Below are positions 58,476 through 64,000 of a stretch of 64,000 nucleotides of DNA, piece by piece. A program made the position numbers and the translations under genes. A model generated the notes under the pieces. That model was not told the origin of the DNA. It saw nothing but the letters and a program-made list of their open reading frames with translations, and made no database searches. Within the stretch, counting starts at the first letter, position 1. Every line of letters begins with the position of its first letter. This DNA is from an uncultured bacterium (GTDB lineage: Bacteria > Abyssobacteria > SURF-5): assembly GCA_964607485.1 (NCBI GenBank), contig CAZSKP010000018.1, positions 23,538 through 87,537 of the forward strand, written 5' to 3'.

Positions 58476-59516
58476 CTAAACCTGCTCGTACAAAGCTCTG
58501 CGTTCAGGGTCCATCGCCGCGAGCCGCTCGCGCGCAGCCTCCGCCGAAACGGCTTCGAGCGAGCCGTCGGGATTCTGCACGACGATCCCACTCTTGGTCA
58601 GCATTTTGTGCCGCTTCTTGCGCTCCTCCTTGTCGGGAGAGCACACGAGCTGACAGTTGCCGCACGTGAGGTAAAGCTTCGTTTCCATCAGGACGTGATG
58701 ATGCCCGCCGTCCATGTCGGGCCGCTGGTTGTACGCTTCGATTCCGTGCAGCAGCGCGGGCATGAACTCGGCCTCGCCCTCCGGGATGACGAACCGTCCG
58801 GGCGACCACGTGGACCATTTGCCCGACGGATGCAGTCCGGTGAATCCACCGCAGACGAATTCGCACCGCAGGTAGCTGCGCCGCTTCGAATACGTGAATT
58901 CGCTCCCTCCAAGCGTCACGCGCGCTTCGTCCTCCGGGTCCATGAAGCCCGACGCGCACGACGCCATGCACAGGCGGCATTCGTCGCAGTAATTATCCTC
59001 CTTCGGCAACGGGTCGGTCGGTTCCAGCTCCGCGGTCGTGACGACGGCGCCGAGGATGACCGCCGCGCCCTCGTTCTTGGTGAGCACGTTGCCGGAAAGC
59101 CCGAAGCTCCCCACGCCGGAGCGGACGGCGAGGTATCTCAGCGAGATGTCGGGAATCATATCGATGGCCCCGCGAGGGGTCTCCTGCCTGTACACCTCGT
59201 TGGCTGCCAACGGATACGAGGGAAAGCCCTTTTGCTCCAAATATTTTGAAAGTCCAAGCGCTATCCCGCCGGACAGAAGGTTCACGCGAATATTGTCCCG
59301 CTCATGAGAACGCCGGTCCTTCTTCATCAAATATGGCGGGATCAGGCTCTGGTCGAGCGGGAGCGCAAAGCTCACGGCCGACTTCGCGCCCGGCAGCACG
59401 TAGGAAAGATCGGCCGTCGGTGGTCCGCCCGCGAGAGTTTCCGTCGTTGCGATGCCCGCCGCGCATGCACCTTCGCACATCACGTAATCGATAACAGTTT
59501 CGCTGAGACTTTTCAT
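58476..59516 (-). CDS. Epoxyqueuosine reductase / reductive dehalogenase-like 4Fe-4S protein
   Basis: AVRSGVG.FG.SG, CDECRLCMASC, CEFVC, CGNCQLVC; start trimmed to MKSLSE. Confidence 0.8.
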   Translation of the reverse strand: MKSLSETVIDYVMCEGACAAGIATTETLAGGPPTADLSYVLPGAKSAVSFALPLDQSLIPPYLMKKDRRSHERDNIRVNLLSGGIALGLSKYLEQKGFPSYPLAANEVYRQETPRGAIDMIPDISLRYLAVRSGVGSFGLSGNVLTKNEGAAVILGAVVTTAELEPTDPLPKEDNYCDECRLCMASCASGFMDPEDEARVTLGGSEFTYSKRRSYLRCEFVCGGFTGLHPSGKWSTWSPGRFVIPEGEAEFMPALLHGIEAYNQRPDMDGGHHHVLMETKLYLTCGNCQLVCSPDKEERKKRHKMLTKSGIVVQNPDGSLEAVSAEAARERLAAMDPERRALYEQV

Positions 59517-59567
59517 TGTTGCTTTTCCTCCTGTTTCTGAACTTACTACTCGGAGCACATGGTAGTT

Positions 59568-59689
59568 GTCATTCTGAGTCCTTCGGCTGCGCTCAGGATA
59601 AACTCCGCGAAGCATCTCAGAGTATGCGACAGCCTTGGGCTAGACATGAGATCCGTCACTTGGGCCTGCGGCCCTTCGTTCAGGATGAC
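59568..59689. repeat. GTCATTCTGAG...CAGGATGAC palindromic intergenic element
   Basis: Same family as 44549-44640. Confidence 0.75.
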
Positions 59690-59729
59690 AAGTATGTGAT
59701 GTATTTCATACTCGCCGTCGTAGTTTCCC

Positions 59730-60683
59730 TTACCGGGAGACCTGCAGGTCGTAGCTGGATTCTATCGTACGCACCAGGAACGCCAGCGCCGCGTTGGCAG
59801 GAGTCGGGATACTCGCCTCCTCCCCCATCCTCGCCACCGCGCCGTTGATGGCGTCAATCTCGGTCCGCCTCTTGGCGAGCACGTCCTGAAGCATCGAGGA
59901 GACGTTGGTGGCGGTGAGCCGGCACACTTCTTCCACTTGCGCGAGCGGTTCCTTGTGCGCAAGGTTGATGCGCTTCGCCCCCGCGACGGCGACCGCCTCG
60001 GCGACCGCATCCTTCATTATCCGCCGTGTGCCCTCGAATTCGAGCAGCCTGCCGTTGTTCAACCGCGTAATGGCCGTGAGGGCGTTGATGCCCACGTTTA
60101 TGACGAGCTTGCCCCAGATGGTGCTCTCGAGGTCGTCGGAGACCTGAGGCTGAAACCCTGCGGATTCGAGGATGTCTCTGACGCGCTTCAGGTGGTCGGT
60201 GAGCCGGTTCGGCGGCGTGCCGACCACCGTCTTTCCGGTGCCGGCATGGATGATGGAGCCGTCGGCCACAAGCGTGGCGCCCTGTGACGTGATTCCCCCG
60301 ATAGCCCTCTCGTCACCCACGGCCCGGCTTATCAGCTCGACGTTGCCCAGCCCGTTCTGAAGCGTCAGCACTGGCGTCGAGGGCTTGATGACCCCCGCGA
60401 TGCTGTTGACAGCTTTCTCGGTGTCGTATGATTTCGTCGCAATGATGGCCAGTTCGCATCCCGCCACGTCCGCCGGCCGCGCGGTGGTGTCCACCTTGAC
60501 GTTTCGCGTGCCGGATATGCCCTCGACATGGATTCCGTCGCGCCCGATCTTCCGGGCGCGGTGGGGACGGATGTCGAGCATGGTGACCCGATGGCCCGCC
60601 TCCCGGAGCATGGCCCCGAACAGGCAGCCGATGGCGCCGGGCCCGACGATCGCGATGCTGGAATTTGCGCTGGTCATCGGCAT
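59730..60683 (-). CDS. panE: 2-dehydropantoate 2-reductase
   Basis: GPGAIG, TKSYD, LQNGLG, WGKLVIN, SSMLQD, TEIDAING. Confidence 0.96.
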   Translation of the reverse strand: MPMTSANSSIAIVGPGAIGCLFGAMLREAGHRVTMLDIRPHRARKIGRDGIHVEGISGTRNVKVDTTARPADVAGCELAIIATKSYDTEKAVNSIAGVIKPSTPVLTLQNGLGNVELISRAVGDERAIGGITSQGATLVADGSIIHAGTGKTVVGTPPNRLTDHLKRVRDILESAGFQPQVSDDLESTIWGKLVINVGINALTAITRLNNGRLLEFEGTRRIMKDAVAEAVAVAGAKRINLAHKEPLAQVEEVCRLTATNVSSMLQDVLAKRRTEIDAINGAVARMGEEASIPTPANAALAFLVRTIESSYDLQVSR

Positions 60684-60729
60684 TGAGTTCCCGAAAGCTC
60701 GCGCTACTGCTCTGTGACATTAATTCCAG

Positions 60730-60792
60730 GTCATTCCCAACTTGATTGGGAATCCATCGACGATTCTGGATTCCCGCTTTCGCGGGAATGAC
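60730..60792. repeat. GTCATTCCC...GGGAATGAC double palindrome
   Basis: Two ATTCCC-N8-GGGAAT units in inverted arrangement. Confidence 0.8.
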
Positions 60793-60838
60793 GAAGAACA
60801 AAAACTAGACAAAGAGCAAAAACTAATTCTACATTCCG

Positions 60839-62968
60839 TTACGGTTCTTCCACTCTTACGCTGACAAAATAATTCGCGCTCTCACCGGCCCCGAGCGACA
60901 GCGGCCACACGCCGGTGACGCTGGAACCTTGATACGTCTTCTCGAAGCCGCCCTCGGATTGGGAGACAGTCTCGATGGGAAACCTCCACAGTGTCACGGC
61001 GGGCTCGTACCGGATAACGATGGCGATTTTCATCCAGTGGTCCACGAGCCGCACGAGCTGGACCGAATCGAGCACACCGATGCTTTTCATGCGGTTGTGC
61101 TCAAGCGAGACTCCGGGAATTTCATAATACCGGTCTTCGCTGTCTCCCGCGAGAAGAGTGAGATTCAGCTCGACGCCGAACATCGTGGAGTCGATTGGTT
61201 GTTCGCCGCACCGTACCACGTAACGCGCCTCGATTCCCGCCTCCTGGTCGATGACGAACGTCTTTTCAACGAGCACCGGTATCGGGCTGTTCATCCCCCA
61301 CAGATTGCCCGCCCGTTCGAGCTTCAGCGTGAGCTTGTCGCGGGACTTCTTCTTGCGCAGCAGCCTGTATGGCTGGTCAACAAAATCTCCCTGTTCCCGG
61401 TACTCCGCGCGCGCAAATTCGTCGATCGAAGCACCGGGGCGAATGAAATGATCGAGGAAGCAGCGCCGGTCGTACCAGTCGTAGTGCAGGCTTTTCTCAA
61501 GCCCCTGCTCTTTCACGCGGACGATGTCGTGGATAGATTTGACCTCGTTCCCCGCCGGGCCGGTGGAGGCGTTCTCGATCTTCCGGTGATAGGCCTCTGG
61601 CCTGCGGCTCATGACATCGGTGATATTGAAACTCTTCGGCTTGTAACTTATCTCCGCCACGGAGCCGCCATAGCCCGGGCTGACGCAGACACCGTAATTC
61701 GTGGTTGAGACGAGAAGCTCGTCGCGACCGTCGCAATCATAATCGACCTGCTCGACATGAATCCCTGAATCGGCCTTTCCGAGCGCGCGCTCGGCGATGC
61801 CCTCGGCGCGGAGCAGATGGCTGTAATTGGCGAACCTCAGGTAATTCAGGTACAGGCCGCCGAAAAGGCCGTGCCAGTACGGGCAGTTGCACTGTCCCCG
61901 CCACAGCTCGCGCTTCGCCTCGGCCGACCCCTTGCCCGTCATCGAGCCGACCTTGCGGCTGACGTGCAGCATCTTCTTGTGCATTCGATTGGCTTCCGGA
62001 TACTTGGCCAGAAAGTTGCGCCAGAAGCCGCCCCGGATGAACGGCCTGTAGTTCTCATACAGTCCATCGGCTTTGAGTTTTTCCACAATCTCCTGATAGC
62101 GCGTCGTCACGTTCGAGGGCAGCGACCATTCCATCATCTCTTCATACGACGCTGCCGGCAGGTATATACGGCCCGCCGGCGGGTTCGAGCGTATGAACTC
62201 CGAGAATGTCGGCATCTTTATCCAGTCGGAATTGTCCTCGAGCATCGTGAACAATTTCTCCAGGTATCCCTCGGTGTACACCCACTTGTACGTCTCGGGC
62301 CAGACGCCGAACTTCTCCCCGTCGTCACCGTAGGTGATGCCGCTCTGTCCGGCTCCCTCCGGGAGTGTCCGAAGATATTCGATGGTGTCCTCGGCGAGCT
62401 TGAACGGAATGAAGTATCGGAGATTCTTGTCGATGGGGAACACGGCGAGCTTGCGGCCGTCGCTCTCGGTGAGGTAGTAGCCGAACATGTCCTTGGAGCC
62501 GAGTCCGGCGTAAGAGAAATGCGTCTCGTCGATGATTGTGTACTCCAGCCCCGCCTCCGCAATGATAGACGGCAGGTGCGGCTCCCACACCCGTTCGGTG
62601 AGCCACAGGCCGCGCGCTTTCTGGCCGAAGCGCCGCCGTATGTAATCGTTCATCATGCGAATCTGGCCGAGCGCATCGTTTCGCGGAATGATGGGCAGAA
62701 TGGGCTCATAGAAGCCGCCGCTCAGCATTTCAACCTGGCCGCGTTCGGCGAGCGAGGCGATCATGTCGATGTAGCCGGGCTCGTTCTGCTCCATCCATTC
62801 GAGCAGCGGTCCGGAATAGTGAAGGGCCGCGCGCACGGCGGGATGACGCGCAAGCGTTTGCAGAAACGGAAGGTAACAGACCTCGTAGGACTGTCTGAAC
62901 ACTCCGTCGAAGTTGCCCACGGGCTGATGTGAGTGTATTCCGAACATGAAGTTTACATGCGTCGTCAT
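60839..62968 (-). CDS. GH57 alpha-amylase / 4-alpha-glucanotransferase
   Basis: HSHQPVGN, WLTERVWEP, DDGEKFG, QCNCPYWHG; start trimmed to MTTHVNF. Confidence 0.94.
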   Translation of the reverse strand: MTTHVNFMFGIHSHQPVGNFDGVFRQSYEVCYLPFLQTLARHPAVRAALHYSGPLLEWMEQNEPGYIDMIASLAERGQVEMLSGGFYEPILPIIPRNDALGQIRMMNDYIRRRFGQKARGLWLTERVWEPHLPSIIAEAGLEYTIIDETHFSYAGLGSKDMFGYYLTESDGRKLAVFPIDKNLRYFIPFKLAEDTIEYLRTLPEGAGQSGITYGDDGEKFGVWPETYKWVYTEGYLEKLFTMLEDNSDWIKMPTFSEFIRSNPPAGRIYLPAASYEEMMEWSLPSNVTTRYQEIVEKLKADGLYENYRPFIRGGFWRNFLAKYPEANRMHKKMLHVSRKVGSMTGKGSAEAKRELWRGQCNCPYWHGLFGGLYLNYLRFANYSHLLRAEGIAERALGKADSGIHVEQVDYDCDGRDELLVSTTNYGVCVSPGYGGSVAEISYKPKSFNITDVMSRRPEAYHRKIENASTGPAGNEVKSIHDIVRVKEQGLEKSLHYDWYDRRCFLDHFIRPGASIDEFARAEYREQGDFVDQPYRLLRKKKSRDKLTLKLERAGNLWGMNSPIPVLVEKTFVIDQEAGIEARYVVRCGEQPIDSTMFGVELNLTLLAGDSEDRYYEIPGVSLEHNRMKSIGVLDSVQLVRLVDHWMKIAIVIRYEPAVTLWRFPIETVSQSEGGFEKTYQGSSVTGVWPLSLGAGESANYFVSVRVEEP

Positions 62969-63002
62969 CATCTTGCTCCAATGCGGGGACTGGATCTTGC
63001 TC

Positions 63003-63128
63003 CGGGGACAGTCCCCATCGCTCTCGCAGATATGTCTGCAGGGGCACACGGCGGTGCGCCCCTACAACAGGACGCATCACGAAAATTGCGACAAATATTC
63101 ATCATTCTCACAGATAGTAGTACAGTTC
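63003..63128 (+). repeat. Composite palindromic repeat element, copy C
   Basis: GGGGACAGTCCCCATCGC...AGGGGCACACGGCGGTGCGCCCCTAC...TCATTCTCACAGATAGTAGTACAGT. Confidence 0.85.
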
Positions 63129-63138
63129 GCCCGGGCGT

Positions 63139-64000
63139 TCAGACAATCCACATTTCCGCCTCGAAGTCTTCGTCGGGCACAGTGAAGCTGAGCATACCCT
63201 CGCGTGGAAACCGCATGATCTCCACCCTGTCGTTTTTCAGGCTCGCGAAGAATTCGACCTCTTGCCCCGCACTGAGGCCGAGGTCGGCGAACGGGACGGA
63301 AAGCTCGAGTATCCTCTTCCACGCAATGGTATCGTAATCGCGCACCTTCTCGAACTCGATTCCGTTCGGGCTGAGCTCCAGGGTGAGCTTCTTCTCTTCC
63401 GCGGCTTCGAGGTAAAGCGGCATCGTGAGCCTCTGAAGCTGGGGGCCGAGCAGGTACACGTCGAGCCTCACCCCCGAGTCCTCGGGCCGTATGCCGTCCG
63501 CCGTTTCGACGTCGAAGCGCATGTACAGATTGACGAGGTCGAAGCCGTAGTGTATGTGCGTGAGGTATCGGCAGCCGAGCGCGATCGCCTTGTCGCCCCG
63601 GCTGCACTCGTAACATCCCGCCCCCTGCCATTCGAAGAAGTCGGTCACGGAGCCGTCGATTCTCGGCCTTATGAGCGAGACGGGCACTCGGCCGAGCGGC
63701 GCCTTTTTCTCGCGCAAGAGCGGCGTGGAGAGATAGTGGGGAACTTCCGCGCCGATGGATGTGAACACGTTCTGCAGGTGCATGCGAAACATCCGGTCGA
63801 ATTCGCGGTCATTGTCGGTCGAAAAATCGGGACCGTACCACCAGAACCAGTCGCTGCCCTCGGCCGCGTACATTTCCTCCCAGGCAACGTCGAGTCCCGG
63901 AGCCTGCGGCCCGTGCTTTTCCTCGAACTTCTTCAGAAACTCCCTCGTGCGGCCTACGCAGTTCCATGCGTCGTTTTCCTCGGGCTCGCCTATCCATATG
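63139..64000 (-). CDS. GH57 amylopullulanase-like protein, C-terminal part (starts outside window)
   Basis: Frame open to the edge: IWIG..EEN.AW...AEGSDWFWWYG. Confidence 0.92.
   Translation of the reverse strand, partial: IWIGEPEENDAWNCVGRTREFLKKFEEKHGPQAPGLDVAWEEMYAAEGSDWFWWYGPDFSTDNDREFDRMFRMHLQNVFTSIGAEVPHYLSTPLLREKKAPLGRVPVSLIRPRIDGSVTDFFEWQGAGCYECSRGDKAIALGCRYLTHIHYGFDLVNLYMRFDVETADGIRPEDSGVRLDVYLLGPQLQRLTMPLYLEAAEEKKLTLELSPNGIEFEKVRDYDTIAWKRILELSVPFADLGLSAGQEVEFFASLKNDRVEIMRFPREGMLSFTVPDEDFEAEMWIV

Overview
GC-rich (roughly 60% by eye) bacterial chromosomal window, mostly minus-strand, with no transposase, integrase, CRISPR array, tRNA or rRNA recognisable. Core genes: pheS/pheT, zapA, yggS, pyrB-pyrC-carA, panE, 2-oxoacid dehydrogenase E1a/E1b/E2 plus an isocitrate dehydrogenase-family gene, two GH57 genes, and selD, which carries an in-frame UGA (selenocysteine) and a SECIS-like hairpin that the ORF track missed. 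Most notable accessory content: (1) a self-promoted operon at 1-8.8 kb encoding a FabF-like ketosynthase that has lost both catalytic histidines, a 7TM-GAF-PAS histidine kinase, a paralogous His-to-Gln pseudokinase, a REC-HK-REC hybrid and an MMPL transporter, a candidate lipid signalling/sensing system; (2) a ~500-nt ORF-poor, heavily base-paired region at 20.65-21.15 kb whose G-U bias points to a plus-strand large structured RNA; (3) a repeat-rich fibre/adhesin-like gene inside an nfeD-floA-lemA-htpX operon, flanked by a diverged 84-bp duplication of the nfeD 3' end; (4) a promoter-leader-terminator unit upstream of an atypical pyrB; (5) several families of intergenic palindromic repeats, including a three-copy composite element. 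All calls come from motif recognition by eye; no database search or folding program was run.
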